From the NCBI GenBank assembly GCA_002189035.1, contig NEEC01000016.1, positions 186,001-250,000 on the forward strand: a stretch of DNA of 64,000 nt. The letters run 5' to 3'. Origin of the DNA: Utricularia gibba (taxonomy: Eukaryota > Plantae > Magnoliophyta). Below the pieces are notes generated by a model. That model searched no databases, was not told the DNA's origin, and saw nothing but the letters and a program-made list of their open reading frames with translations. The position numbers were made by a program, and so were the translations under genes. Positions 27,973 through 41,225 of the stretch are shown here, piece by piece (the stretch's first letter is position 1; every line of letters starts with the position of its first letter).

Positions 27973-30099
27973 ATGTTTGTCCGAGGAGCGAAGGTGGCAA
28001 AATCTCCAACGCGAATCTACAATGACACCCTTTCTTCTTGGAATTCAACCGTAGTTCAATATTACAGAGACGGTGATCACAAGGGAGTTCTGGAAATTTA
28101 TTTGAATTTGAGACGGAAACATGTAGGTATTTGTGGTGTTGCCATTAATTTCGCGTTGAAAAGCTCTGAGGAATTGGGAACGTATGGATTTGGAATTAAT
28201 CTTCACGGCGATGCATTGAAATCTGGATTAAGTTGTGATAGATATGTGGGTTCATCGCTGATTGGATTCTATTCTGGGTATGACCGAGTAGTTAATGCAG
28301 CTCAGGTGTTCGACGAAATTCCTCAGAGAGATCTTGTAGCTTATACTTCTATGATAACTGCGTATGCGCGAGCTAGTACTGGTCATTGCATCAGCAATGC
28401 TTTCACAGTTGCATGTGATATGCAGATTGAAGGACTCCAGCCGAACAGGGTGGCGCTGGTGAGTTTACTGCAATGCTCATCACGACTCCGAGCGCTGGTT
28501 GAAGGGAAATCCATTCATGGTTATGCAATGAGAAGAGGTATTGGTCATAATGATGAAGTATTCAAAACCAGCTTGATGCACATGTATATGAAGTGCTGTG
28601 ATCTAGCTCATGGGAATCTGGTCTTCAAGGATATAAGGGAGAAAAGTAGCGGTCCCTGGAATGTGATGATCAGTGCTTATCTTGAAGCTGGTCAGCCTTT
28701 GGAAGCTTTCAAGCTTTTCCTTCAAATGGTAGTAGATAAATGTGTGCTTGACTTGATTGCATTGTCGAATGCATTATCGGCTTGTGCAGAATTAGGTGAT
28801 TTGCTCGTAGGAAAGATGGTTCAAGGTCAAATACTTCGAAGAGGATTTGAATTAGATTTAATTGGAACTACTGCTTTAGTTGACATGTATTGTAAATGCA
28901 GTGACTTATCTTCCGCAGAAAGCATTTTCATTAAAGAGCAGGCAAAGGATGATGCGCTGTTTAACGTGATGATCGCTGGTTTTTTGCGTAGTGGATGTGT
29001 TTTTAGAGCCATTGGGACATTCCAAGACATGATCGCCATGTGCATTGCACCAAATGCAGGTACCCTTATCAGCATCCTCTCAGCCCTTTCTGAAATTGAA
29101 GATTTCAGAGCAGCCAAGTGTATTCATGGATATGTTCTGAGACAATGTATGGAGGAGAGCGTTTCTCTTTCCAATCAGTTTATTGATACGTACGGGAAGT
29201 GTGGGTTCATTGAATATGCAAGAAGAGTGTTTCATGGCATGAATTTCAAGGATACGGTGTCGTGGACGTCGATGATGGCCGGCTTTGTGATTCAGAGACA
29301 TGCTGATGAAGCGTTAGCCTTGTATGCAATGATGCAGAGAGAAAACATAGTCTCTGATGCTGCCGTGTTCACATGTCTGCTGCAAGCACTGAGTCAGCTT
29401 GGATCTATGCGTTTTGTGAAGGCGTTGCACGGTCACCTGCATCGCTTGCGGCTTCTGGAGAAAGACGCGACACTGGTGAACACCTTGATAACTACATACA
29501 GCAAATGGGGAGAACTTGATGCTGCCATCACTCTTTTCCAAGACATGCCTAAAAAACACCTGTCTTCTTGGAACACCATGATAGCTGCATATGGAATGCA
29601 TGGGGACATTTCCCAAGCTTTGAAACTTGTTAATCAAATGAAACAGGAGAACACTGTACCCGATGAGGTAACATTCAAGTCAATCCTATCGGCCTGCAGC
29701 CACAATGGGCTAGTGGAAAAGGGACTGCTATTTTTCAGATCAATGCAGGAGCAATACGGGTCATTTCCGTCCGGTGAGCACTATTGTTGTATTGTGGATT
29801 TGCTGGGGCGAGCAGGGAGGCTCGAAGAAGCATACAATCTCCTGAAGCATGCCGATCAACTACACAACATTTCAGCTCTTTCTGCTCTGCTTGCTGGTTG
29901 TAGAACTCATGGAAATTGGGAGATAGGTGAAGAAATTGGAAAATGGTTACTGATGGTGAACCCCAAAAACAGAAGCGCCTACTGCTCCATGTCGAACACA
30001 TATTCTTCTGGGGGGAGATGGGACGAGGCAGCTCATGTTGAGTCTCTTGCTAAGCTTGAAGGACTCAAAAGAATTCCTGGTTATAGCCTCATCGGATAA
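27973..30099 (+). CDS. Intronless PLS-class pentatricopeptide repeat protein with C-terminal E domain and no DYW domain
   Basis: 708-aa ORF with repeated PPR motifs (VFDEIPQRDLVAYTSMI, TALVDMYCKC, DTVSWTSMM, SSWNTMIAAYGMHG, PDEVTFKSILSACSHNGLV, HYCCIVDLLGRAGRLEEA) and E motif AYCSMSNTYSSGGRWDEA...IPGYS. Confidence 0.95.
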   Translation: MFVRGAKVAKSPTRIYNDTLSSWNSTVVQYYRDGDHKGVLEIYLNLRRKHVGICGVAINFALKSSEELGTYGFGINLHGDALKSGLSCDRYVGSSLIGFYSGYDRVVNAAQVFDEIPQRDLVAYTSMITAYARASTGHCISNAFTVACDMQIEGLQPNRVALVSLLQCSSRLRALVEGKSIHGYAMRRGIGHNDEVFKTSLMHMYMKCCDLAHGNLVFKDIREKSSGPWNVMISAYLEAGQPLEAFKLFLQMVVDKCVLDLIALSNALSACAELGDLLVGKMVQGQILRRGFELDLIGTTALVDMYCKCSDLSSAESIFIKEQAKDDALFNVMIAGFLRSGCVFRAIGTFQDMIAMCIAPNAGTLISILSALSEIEDFRAAKCIHGYVLRQCMEESVSLSNQFIDTYGKCGFIEYARRVFHGMNFKDTVSWTSMMAGFVIQRHADEALALYAMMQRENIVSDAAVFTCLLQALSQLGSMRFVKALHGHLHRLRLLEKDATLVNTLITTYSKWGELDAAITLFQDMPKKHLSSWNTMIAAYGMHGDISQALKLVNQMKQENTVPDEVTFKSILSACSHNGLVEKGLLFFRSMQEQYGSFPSGEHYCCIVDLLGRAGRLEEAYNLLKHADQLHNISALSALLAGCRTHGNWEIGEEIGKWLLMVNPKNRSAYCSMSNTYSSGGRWDEAAHVESLAKLEGLKRIPGYSLIG

Positions 30100-30370
30100 A
30101 TATTGCAAGAATTCCTTCATTTCCTTGTAGGCCTCCGGTGCGGTATTCCGATGCGACGGATGGCCAACTGCTTCAGCGTTTCTGTAGCTGGGGGTTTTCC
30201 ACAATACCCTTCTTGTTTATTGTCCACAAGATGGTTTGCTCCAACGGAAAACGATGCCCACAAGAAGATAGCGAGCAACTGAAGGAATTAGGCTCGTCCA
30301 CGTGTCGCGATCTTCACGAAGCCTGACCCAGAAGCAAGAGCCTCAGTTCATTTCTGAGTAGAATCAAGCT

Positions 30371-32125
30371 ATGGCCTCCATCATCCCGGTGGCGATTCCC
30401 AAGTGTTCGTCGTCGTCGTCTCTTTTTACTCCTCATGATCTTCTTCATTCTGCTGAGATCTCCGGCGGGCTGCGGATGACCAGCAACACGCTGAAACACG
30501 GAATGAGAAAAATCAAATCCGCAAGAAAAGATTTGCACTTTGTGGTTTCCGCGGCCACTGAAAGGCGTGGAGGAGGAACCTTTTACTTCAATATCACCGG
30601 CTTCCCTTTCCCACTTGGTCCATTTCTCAACCGTTCCACTGTTAAATACGAGGTGCGTGTTCCTTCCTTTTTCGATGTTTTCAGGTTCGGTCGGGATGTA
30701 CTCGATTCTCTTTGGTGTGCTTTCGTATCCGCTTTGGTTTCGACGGCTTTTTATGCTGGAATTTCAGGCTGTTAAAGACACCATATGGCTGTTTGAACAA
30801 GAGCAGGCCCTGGGTTTCAGCAGTGTCTCAACCAACATACGGATGACAGTGATCAAGCTCAAGTCAGGTGGATTGTGGGTTCATGCGCCTATTGCCCCAC
30901 CGAAGAATGCATTACGGTAATTGGGTCTTCTTTGAAATGCTTGCAAACTGAACATTCTGTCAAGCTAATTAGGCCTCAGATCATCATTGTTGCAGCTTTT
31001 GAAAGAGTTAAGAGCTCCAGTGGAGTATATAATCCTGCCCACCTTTGCATATGAGCACAAAATATTTGTTGGTCCGTTTTCGAGAAAGTTTCCTCGAGCT
31101 CAGGTATGGGTGGCTCCTCGGCAATGGAGTTGGCCATTGAATTTACCCCTGGAGTTTTTTGGAATATTCCGTGCCAAAACGTTGCGGAACGACGACTTAG
31201 CAACCCCCTGGGCGGAGGAGATTGAACAGAAAGTTCTTAGCTCTCCAGAAGTTGGTCAGCAGTTGCCCTTGTTATTGTTGAAAATCCTTGACTGATTTCA
31301 TTAGCTAATCAAATTTATGGAATGTTTCAGGGATTGGACCATATGTAGAAGTTGCATTCTATCATAAGCGCACAAGAACACTCCTTGTGACAGATGCTGT
31401 CATATATGTTCCAAGGCAGCCGCCTGAATGTATTGGCAAGGACTCGTTGCTAAAATCAGCTGAAAACGGATTGGCTGTCAAGATTCTAAGTAAAGGAAAA
31501 GAGGTACCTGAGGAGCCTGTTGTCGACAACAAGGTGAACAGGCAAAAAGGTATGGCTTTGCAGCATTTCAATCCTAAGGCAGCATATATTTGTGATTTAA
31601 TCCATTGCCTCGTTCAGGATGGGAAAGAATGGTTCTCCAGATACTTTTCCTCGGTCCTTCCAATCTGTTGGAACCAAATGCTAGCTTTTCACAGATGTCA
31701 CAAAAGCTAATAGTCTCTCCTATTATAAAGACACTGGTTTTCAGCAAAGTTCCTGAAAAGGTAGATTGATCATACATGCTCATTCATGTAACTCTAGTCT
31801 CCTTTAACATGAACACATTGCGCAGGTCAGAGACTGGATCAACGGTATCATCAGAGATTGGAAATTCAAAAGAATAATTCCTGCTCACTTCGCTGCACCC
31901 ATCAACGCAAGCTCATCAGACCTGCTTTCTGCATTCTCATTCCTCGATGATCTTTTGGGTGAACGCATTGCAACTCGGCCATCACTTTACCTTCTCTTGA
32001 CATCTGCTCTGGGGAAGGCCGCAAGCTACTTCCCTCCTGATGACATGAGGACCCTATCTTCTCTTGATCAGTTCCTGGTCTCCGTTGGGGCTGTGAAGAA
32101 GACCGTCTCCGGACGCAAGAAGTAG
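30371..32125 (+). CDS. DUF4336 protein, probably plastid-targeted, 6 exons; one -1 frameshift at about 30895
   Basis: FYFNITGFPFPLGPFLNRST, IWLFEQEQALGFSSVSTNIRMTVIKLKSGGLWVHAPIAP, EHKIFVGPFSRKFP, VTDAVIYVPRQPP and a final exon ending VGAVKKTVSGRKK*. Confidence 0.85.
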
Positions 32126-32667
32126 CAAAAACTCAGATCTCCCCACCAGTAGTAAGTTTTGTAGATAGCTCCCTCTTCTTTGAGCAAGCGTGATTGTATG
32201 TATACCTGATTTTCTTGTGTCTTGGCTCAAAACCCATGTCTTGATTCAAGTGTCTGAACCCACCATTCTGCATCTTGGATGTGACTTTGTGAAATCACTT
32301 GCAATTTTTCATTTTGATAATCTGTATGCAAAATCATGTGTTAATGCTAAATGTCACAAAGCTATGTTTGTATTGTAGTCTCATAACAGCTTCTTTATTT
32401 TGATCTCCTCAAGGGCAATAACGTAATTAAATGTAAATAGAAAAGAATATAATTGATATTTTATTATTTATTTATAAAATCATTTGTAAACAATTCGTTG
32501 GGGGAAAACTATGCAGAGCACTGTGCGTGTTGGCTCTGTTTAACCGGAAGAAGGTCCGTCCTCGGGCTCCTCACTCCCAATAGGAGTGGGATTGGATTTC
32601 TTAGCCGCTGCTACACTGCATGATCATTTGCAGATGAGAGCTGTGTAGTAGATTGGTGGACAGGGTC

Positions 32668-35600
32668 ATGGGAAAAGCTCTCTACGTTTTTTTGATTCTC
32701 TGCTTATTCGTTGATGACGGTTTCTCTTGGAAGAAGGATGAGTTCAGGAACTGTAATCAAACCCGTTTTGCAAGCGTGCCCGTTCTCAGAAGCCGGGCTC
32801 CTGCTCCTTGGTGGCTACCCATGTCGCCATCGCCGATGGTGATCTTGTGGCAAAGCTAGAGAACAATCAGGGAGGTTCTGAAAGTGGGGAGGTTGCTGCG
32901 AAGCCTTTAGTACTCAGTATATCAGCGTACCAAGATGGTGTGATGCGGCTGAGAATAGATGAGGATCAAAGTTTAGGGCCGCCGAAGAAGAGATTTGAGG
33001 TTCCTGATGTCATTGTACCTGAGTTTTTGAGTACGAAGCTGTGGCTTCAGAGGTTAGAAGAAGAGAACAGTGAGGATGGGTCGGGTGTCTTGTCGACTTT
33101 TTATCTTTCCGATGGGTATGAGGGTGTGATTAGGCATGATCCCTTCGCGATTTTTGTGAGAGAGAGGGGTAGAAATGGCAAAAGGGTGTTATCTTTGAAT
33201 TCGAACGGTTTGTTTGATTTTGAACAGTTAAGGGAGAAAAGGGAGGATGAGGATTGGGAGGAGAGATTTAGGAGTCATACTGATAAAAGACCTTATGGAC
33301 CACAGAGTATTAGCTTTGATGTCTCATTTTATGATGCTGATTTTGTTTATGGTATCCCAGAACATGCAAGTAGCCTGGCGCTAAAGCCGACCAGAGGACC
33401 TGAATTTGAGCATTCAGAACCTTACAGGCTTTTCAATCTTGATGTTTTCGAATACGTACATGACTCACCTTTTGGGCTATACGGGAGTATTCCATTTATG
33501 TTATCTCATGGTAAGTCCCGAGGTAGTTCAGGTTTTTTCTGGTTGAATGCAGCTGAAATGCAAATAGATGTTTTGGCTTCCGGTTGGCATAACGAGTTTG
33601 AATCAGTTCTAAAGTTGCCTTCTCATCAGGAAAGGATTGACACCTTGTGGATGAGCGAGGCTGGTGTGGTGGATGCCTTCTTTTTTGTTGGTCCAGGGCC
33701 AAAAGATGTAGTTAGACAGTATACTGCTGTCACAGGAACATCAGCCATGCCTCAGTTGTTTGCCACTGCCTACCATCAGTGCAGGTGGAATTATAGGGAT
33801 GAGGAGGATGTCAGTAATGTTGATGCCAAGTTCGATGAGTATGACATTCCCTATGACGTTTTGTGGCTTGATATTGACCATACTGATGGGAAAAAGTATT
33901 TTACATGGGACAAGCTTTTATTCCCAAATCCACAAGAGATGCAGAGGAAGTTGGCTGACAAGGGTAGGCATATGGTAACAATCGTGGATCCTCACATTAA
34001 GCGAGATGATTCTTATTTCATACATAAAGAGGCTACAGAACAACGATACTATGTGAAGGACTCCAGTGGCAATGACTTTGATGGATGGTGCTGGCCTGGC
34101 TCCTCATCTTATTTGGATGTTGTCAATCCAGAAATTAGGTCTTGGTGGGCAGACAGATTCTCATATAAGAATTATGTTGGTTCAACATCATCGCTGTATA
34201 TCTGGAATGATATGAATGAACCTTCAGTGTTCAATGGCCCAGAGGTAAATCTTGACGTCTTCCATAGCTTCTGCTATTCCTATGTTGATGTTAGAATTAG
34301 TTTTAAGCAGACCAAAGGCTATGGATGGCACATATGCTGTAGATAATGCGTTCTGTGGAAACAAACGGCATATGTTTTTTTTTTTCACTTTGCAGCTATC
34401 TGAATGCATGACTCTTTATCGTTTTGTTTGTTGTTACCATCTTTGTTTTTTAATAGATGGTTTGCATTTCAAGTTTCCATTGTGATATCAAAAGTTACCA
34501 AGTTCTTTTCCTTCACCTGTATGCCTACTTTACTTATTTGGTGGTTGAGGCTTTCTTAGTGCTTTTCAAAACTGTGTGTCGTGGTTACTCTTGGGGAAAC
34601 ATTTTACCTTCATTCAGGTATCAATGCCCAGAGATGCTCTGCACTATGGAGATAATGAGCATCGGGAGTTGCACAATGCCTACGGCTATTACTTCCACAT
34701 GGCTACGGCTGAAGGACTTGTTAAGAGGGGGAGGGAAGGGATCGGCCCTTTGTTCTTTCTAGAGCATTTTTCCCTGGAAGCCAACGATATGGAGCAGTGT
34801 GGACTGGGGATAACACGGCAGAGTGGGAGCACCTGCGAGTTTCAGTTCCTATGATTTTATCTCTTGGCCTCACCGGGTTGTCATTCTCTGGTTAGGAAGT
34901 TTTTCTAGTTATATCATCATCTCGTGCATTTGTACCAATTTATGCACTTGTTTATATCTATTCTTCACAGGTGCTGATGTTGGTGGGTTTTTTGGTAATC
35001 CTGATACTGAATTGCTAGTTCGTTGGTATCAGCTGGGAGCCTACTATCCATTCTTTAGAGCACATGCTCATCATGACACAAAACGGCGCGAGCCGTGGCT
35101 ATTCGGGTACAAAACACTTCTTGTGATGGTATATTTCGAGTGTGTAAAGCTGAATGGACGCTGAACAAACATCACAACCATGTGTTTTGGCATAGAAGCA
35201 GTGTTTATGTTGAATTGTTATAAAAAGTCTTTTTTCATGATACTTTGAATGCAGGGAGCAGAACACAATACTTACCCGGGATGCTATACACATACGGTAT
35301 ATGTTGCTCCCCTATTTTTATACATTGTTCAGAGAGGCAAATGCTACCGGCATCCCAGTTGCTCGCCCCCTTTGGATGGAATTTCCATTTGATGAAAAAA
35401 CATTCAGCAACGATGAGGCCTTCATGGTCGGAAATGGCCTGTTGGTTCAAGGAATATACACTGAGGTGCTCCTCTTTTTCGCTATTCTTTCATTCTTATC
35501 CTTGCACTGATGCTTGTCTTCCTCAAATGGATTGATATCTCTTATTTCTATGCTCAACGATCACCCAGGGAGCTAAGCATGTCTCAGTCTATCTTCCCAG

Positions 35601-36222
35601 CAGCGAGCCTTGGTACGACCTGCTGACTGGAGCTGCTTACAAGGGAGGAGCAACCCATAAGCTGGAAGCTATAAAAGACAGGATACCAAGCTTCCATCGT
35701 GCAGGTACCATTATACCACGCAAGGATCGGTTCAGGCGAAGCTCGACACAAATGGAAAATGATCCCTACACGCTGGTAAGCCTCGATACTCGCATATGCT
35801 AGAGAATGAATGCAGTTGACATCAAGACAGAGTGCACTTCTTATCCTTTTTTGTTATCCAACTTCCAGGTGGTGGCACTCAACAGCTCGAATGCAGCAGA
35901 AGGTGAGCTTTACATTGATGACGGGAAGAGCTTCGAATTCGTAAAGGGTGCCTATCTGCATCTTCATCTCACATTTGCTAATGGAATGCTTTCTTCCTCC
36001 AACATCGGCCCTCAAAAATTCACATCTCCCTGCACTATTGATAGAATCATTCTACTTGGTTTGTCTCATAAACCAAAAACAGCCGTTGTTGAACCCGATA
36101 ACCGCAAGGTGAACATTGTAATGGGACCTGTTACATTCCTGGGAAGCTCAGGCTCAGCAGCCCCAACCATTCGTAAGCCTGGCCTCCGCATTTCAGATAA
36201 CTGGAGGATCAAAGTTCTGTAA
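32668..36222 (+). CDS. RSW3: Glucosidase II alpha subunit (GH31; RSW3/PSL5-like), 6 exons; two -1 frameshifts (about 32762 and about 34727)
   Basis: Signal peptide then [51 protein letters not shown], catalytic [41 protein letters not shown] and LYIDDGKSF. Confidence 0.96.
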
Positions 36223-37011
36223 AACCTTAACATAGCACTTTGGTTGCTCTGTAACTGGGATTTAGCATGGACACCCAAATTCAACTCCATGAGATGGATG
36301 AAAGCAGAAACAGTGATGCCTTAGAATTTACTGTGAATGCGAGATTGACCTATGCTTCTTGCATGTTTCATTTTGGTTAGTGTTTCATGTCTAACAACTG
36401 CTAGTAGGCTTGACGCCAACTCTCTGCTTTTATTTTCTAGAAACGATAAGAAACAGCAAGCTACTTATGAGTACACGTTGTCATTATTACTTTCTCTGCA
36501 CACTCCAGAGTAGGCTCAGTGGGTAAGCCAACAGAACACTGTAAATTGATTCTCACCCACAACTTTATATCGTTTGATATCACTTCCCCTTCCAAAAAGC
36601 ACTGATCCATGTATTTTAGAATCAATTCTCGTGCCAAATAGAATCCAACCCTTCTTTTTCAAAAGCTACTGACCTGAAATGCTTCTCTAGATTTTTTAAG
36701 TTGTTACTTGCACAAGACCCCTGTACTTTTTAGAGCATCTTTCAGGTTCTTTTAGGATGAAGGCTATGTGGCCATGCTACCATAGCATGGTGAACTCAAT
36801 AGTCAATCATTGAAGTGAACGGATATCCCCCACCAGCCACTGAGCTTTTTGCTTGCCATCGTGGTATGTCGAGAGATTCAGAGCACAGATCTCATTCATT
36901 TGAATTGTCTGCCCATCTGCCCCCTGAAGTAAAAATCTAATATTTCTTCAGCTCCCCTTCCTTGGGCTGTGTTCCTTCCATCCTCCCTCTTGTTTGAGCG
37001 TCAAGACACGT

Positions 37012-39761
37012 ATGGCAGAAGTGGAGGTAACACAAGGTGGCAGCAGTAGTGGGAGTGAAGCAGCTACTGGTCCCATACGCCGTGTGCTTCTCATCTCAGC
37101 CGGCGCAAGTCACTCCGTTGCGCTTCTCTGTGAGTGGTTGTTTTTTTTCTTCATTTTGTATCCTGTATGTTTGGCAAAATGCCTCTGAATGATCTGCTGC
37201 TTTATCCTTATCCTGGATGGACGAGAATGTTCCACGTTTTCCTTGTTGTATGATAGTTTATTCGAGGTATATGTGTACCTTTTGAGAATATCTCGCGTTA
37301 TTGGGTTTATTTGACGAGTTAAACAATATATAAGTGGGTGTTGGTGTAGGTGCAAGTGTCACTTCTTCTAAAATTTGATGAAGTTTCTAAATGGAAGATG
37401 AATCTCATGTAATCCATGTCAAGTTTCGGATTGGCACTACTATTTGGTATTTAATGAAATGCAAGACGAGTTTTGCATGGATAACATGATGTAATGCAGC
37501 TGGTAATGTCGTTTGCACTTGGGGGAGGGGAGAAGATGGTCAGCTAGGACATGGAGATGCTGAGTATCTGCTTTCTCCGACGCAATTGACTGCACTTGAT
37601 GGCCAAGAGATCGTTACTGTCATTTGCGGAGCTGATCATACAACAGCCTATTCAGAATCACAGCTGCAAGTTTTTAGCTGGGGCTGGTAATTTCTCTTAA
37701 TGCAATGCATACATAGCTCATTTTCTGCATCTTTTTTTATGTGATTTCTCACTTCCTACATTGTACAGGGGTGATTTTGGGAGGCTAGGGCATGGCAATT
37801 CCAGCGACTTGTTTTCCCCTCAGCCAATTAAAGCATTGCAGGGTCTGAAGATAAAGCAAATTGCGTGTGGAGATTGCCACTGTTTAGCAGTGACCATGGA
37901 AGGTGAAGTTCGAAGGTCAGACACCCTTGTCTTCATGCTAATATGCTTGTTTTTGTCATTATGTTAGTGAAAATTTGCGATGCTATTTTCTTTGATTGCA
38001 CTGCAGTTGGGGAAGGAACCAAAATGGTCAACTAGGACTCGGGAGTACAGAGGATTCTTTAGTGCCTAGGAAGATTGAATCTTTCGAGGTGTTAACAGTT
38101 CTCTAGTTCTACAATTTTAGATCCCTTTTAATTTATGCCATGGGGAGAATGCTATTGACTCTCATGACGATGACAGAAATGTCTTTTTAACGATTGTTGA
38201 AGCATGGTACATTTATCCCTGAAACTGATACTTACATCTTGTTTACATGATTGAGTGTTGATATTGCTGAGGATTATGTTTTGAGATGTGGATGTTTCAT
38301 GTAGGGCATTGCAGTGAAGATGGTGGCTGCTGGTGCTGAACATACTGCTGCTGTAACAGAAGATGGTGAGCTCTACGGCTGGGGCTGGGGGCGATATGGT
38401 AACCTGGGAATAGGTGACAGAGCCGATCGCCTTGTCCCAGAAAAAGTTACACTGTTGGGGTATGCAAATACTCAAAGGCTGACTGTGACTGACCTTGGCC
38501 AAGATAGATGGTGCTCTGCCACTAGTCTTTTTCTTCATCTCATTTTGGTACTGCTTGATGCAGGGAGAAAAGGTGATCCTGGTAGCATGCGGTTGGCGTC
38601 ATACGATTTCAGTCTCTTCCTCTGGTAGTTTGTTTACTTACGGGTGGAGCAAGTATGGCCAACTGGGACATGGGGATTTTGAAGATCACCTAATTCCACA
38701 CAAGGTCCAGTCTTTGCAGGGGCATGAGATATCTCAGGTACATCCATTCTATTTACAATGAAGCCATCTAATTTTTTATACTTCAGGAGTTTTTAACGGC
38801 AAGTTCTTTATATGATTTCTTCAATAAAAAACACGTTTCCTTCCAGATTTCGGGTGGTTGGAGACACACAATGGCTGTGACAATTGATGGTAGACTTTTT
38901 GGTTGGGGATGGAACAAGGTTCTTAGTCTATTTTTATTCACACATTCTCATTTTTCCTCTTTCTTTAAAAGAAAACTAAACCTGCACTTGTTTTTTCACC
39001 ATAGTTTGGACAAGTTGGAGTTGGTGACAATGTGGATCATTGCTCACCACAACAGATAAAGCTTCCATTTGATCAGGTGCTGTCTCGTTTTAAACTTATC
39101 TTTCCCTTGGAAAGAGATGCCTTCCTTGATGGATTTTCAATCTGAAATGAGATCAGAGAGTGGTGAACATCGCATGTGGTTGGAGGCATACACTTGCTGT
39201 CACTGAAAGACATAATGTGTTTTCATGGGGAAGGGGCACAAATGGTCAGCTCGGTCATGGCGACTCCATTGATCGGTAAGCCCATGACCTCCACTCACAG
39301 GATGGCATAGAGAGAATGTCCAAAAAATCTGTCAAAATTGTGCTGATTGACAGAAATCTCCCAAAGATCATAGAAGCACTGAGCTTGGATGGATCAAGGG
39401 GGCAGTACATAGAGGCCTCCAGAGCTGAGATATCTTCAGGTTTCAAATGTGGCTTCCCAGCTGATAAAATGCTCCTTGGTATTCATTCCTATTATGCTCA
39501 TGGTGTGCATGTTCATAATGCCAGAAAAATCATGGACTTCGCCAACTGAGAGATATGCAGTTGTGCCAAATAAGAACGTAAGATTTAGCAGCATCATCAT
39601 GAATGACAACACCTTAGCAAGCCTCTGAATTGAATACTTTCTATCCTCTTTTTTTTCTCTGACAGCGGCTAGGGAAGCAGCACCCAGAGCTGGAACTCGG
39701 AGGAAATGGGAATGATCTTGATGTCCCTCAGAGTGGTGACACGAAGAGAATGAAGATTTAA
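37012..39761 (+). CDS. UVR8: UV-B photoreceptor UVR8 (RCC1-like seven-bladed propeller), about 12 exons
   Basis: Three GWRHT motifs ([30 protein letters not shown]), [16 protein letters not shown], and a C27 region [14 protein letters not shown] with the VP motif. C-terminus [19 protein letters not shown]. Confidence 0.96.
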
Positions 39762-41225
39762 GACATCTAAACAACTCTGAACCCTCACCTAAGACCACTG
39801 CTTTTTCAGCTTCATTCAGCACTGCATACTAGCAGCTGATTGGTGTCCTCTCAGATATAGAGATAAATGTGCCTGAGTTTCTGTTTCCAGGACAGTTTCA
39901 TGGACTCCAAGGTCCTCCAAAACCTCTTGTCTTCCCAAATTCATTTGCATGAGATAAACTAGCAGAGCTCGCGTCTGCCATATCCACATCTCTGCGAAAC
40001 ACTTGCAGTTCACTGTGCAGCAGAAACAACTTCGAGTGAATGGCTATCAGAGTAATGTTGTCTGGGAGTAAATTGAGCAGGTGATGAAGAGAACATAGCA
40101 CCATTTTGGCAACCCCAATTTTTTTCAATTTTTAAAGATAAAATAACTAAATATATTTAATATTGATCTTATACAATTTTTTACTGGGCTTATATTTAGT
40201 GGCCCGAATGAGAATTTTATGTACGGAAAATGAAATAAAAATAATGATTGATTTATATCTAGTTGATGATGCTATTATTACAAGGGATCACAAATTATGC
40301 GATAATATAATATATTCCAGAAAATAAAAAGGCTTCCGAAAACAGCCTCAACGCGTCAGCGATGCTCAAGATAGAGACGAATACAGAAATTTAATATTTG
40401 ATATTTTCAAAAGAAACCCGAAAGTCGTCCAGCCACAATCTTCATGATATGTTGATAGTGACACCCTTTTTTTCAAACTATATTATATAATTAACATATC
40501 TTTAGAGATAAGATTGCAGAGGGGGGAAGTTTCGAGGAGCCTATGGACGTGCAGTGGACCGGGACCCCATGTCATGTCCTCCAACAGACAAGGACAGGGA
40601 CCCGGCCTTGTCTGAATATAAAAATATATCAAAAATATTTTAATTAAAATAAAAACCCCGAAATTGGTAATCTCCCCAAATCGCATTTAGAAAGCCGGCC
40701 GGCTTCTTTGGGAAATCTGATTTCCTGGGTAATTAATGACGGGATTCTCCTTATTTTTGTCAAAAGCATGAAGGACAAAATTGTCCACTTTCGAGCATCA
40801 AAGCGGGGTATCTTTCGTGGTCGCGGGATCGCGACGATCTTTTCGTCGCTACGTGGCCCTAATCATTATTATTTTTTAACAAATAATTTCACTTTTTTGT
40901 CGTTACTATACACATGGTGTGCCCATCAAATTAATTTTGTTTCATTGTGCTACTAAATTTAAATTTATAATTTGAGTAAAAAAATTGTTACATAGATTAT
41001 GATAATTTTCCATCTTTCTTATTCCGAAAAATTTGATGCTTCTAGAATTTCTTCCTATTCGACTCCGATTGATTCCCACAACAAAAGTCCAAACTTCTAA
41101 ATAGTTTTTGAACCATGATTGGATCGTTCAAATCGTAAATTTCTTTTTTTTTTCTACCATTTAAAATAGTAATTATTAGTGATTTATTTATAAAATAAGA
41201 TAGAAGTTTTTTTATTATTTTCTTA

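Noticed and set aside
36511-36560. tRNA A-box-like TAGGCTCAGTGG
   Set aside because: No B-box, T-arm or cloverleaf can be formed.
32668-39761. Glucosidase II and UVR8 as pseudogenes
   Set aside because: The only lesions are one-base losses in G/C runs with full motif conservation on both sides, so an assembly artefact is far likelier.
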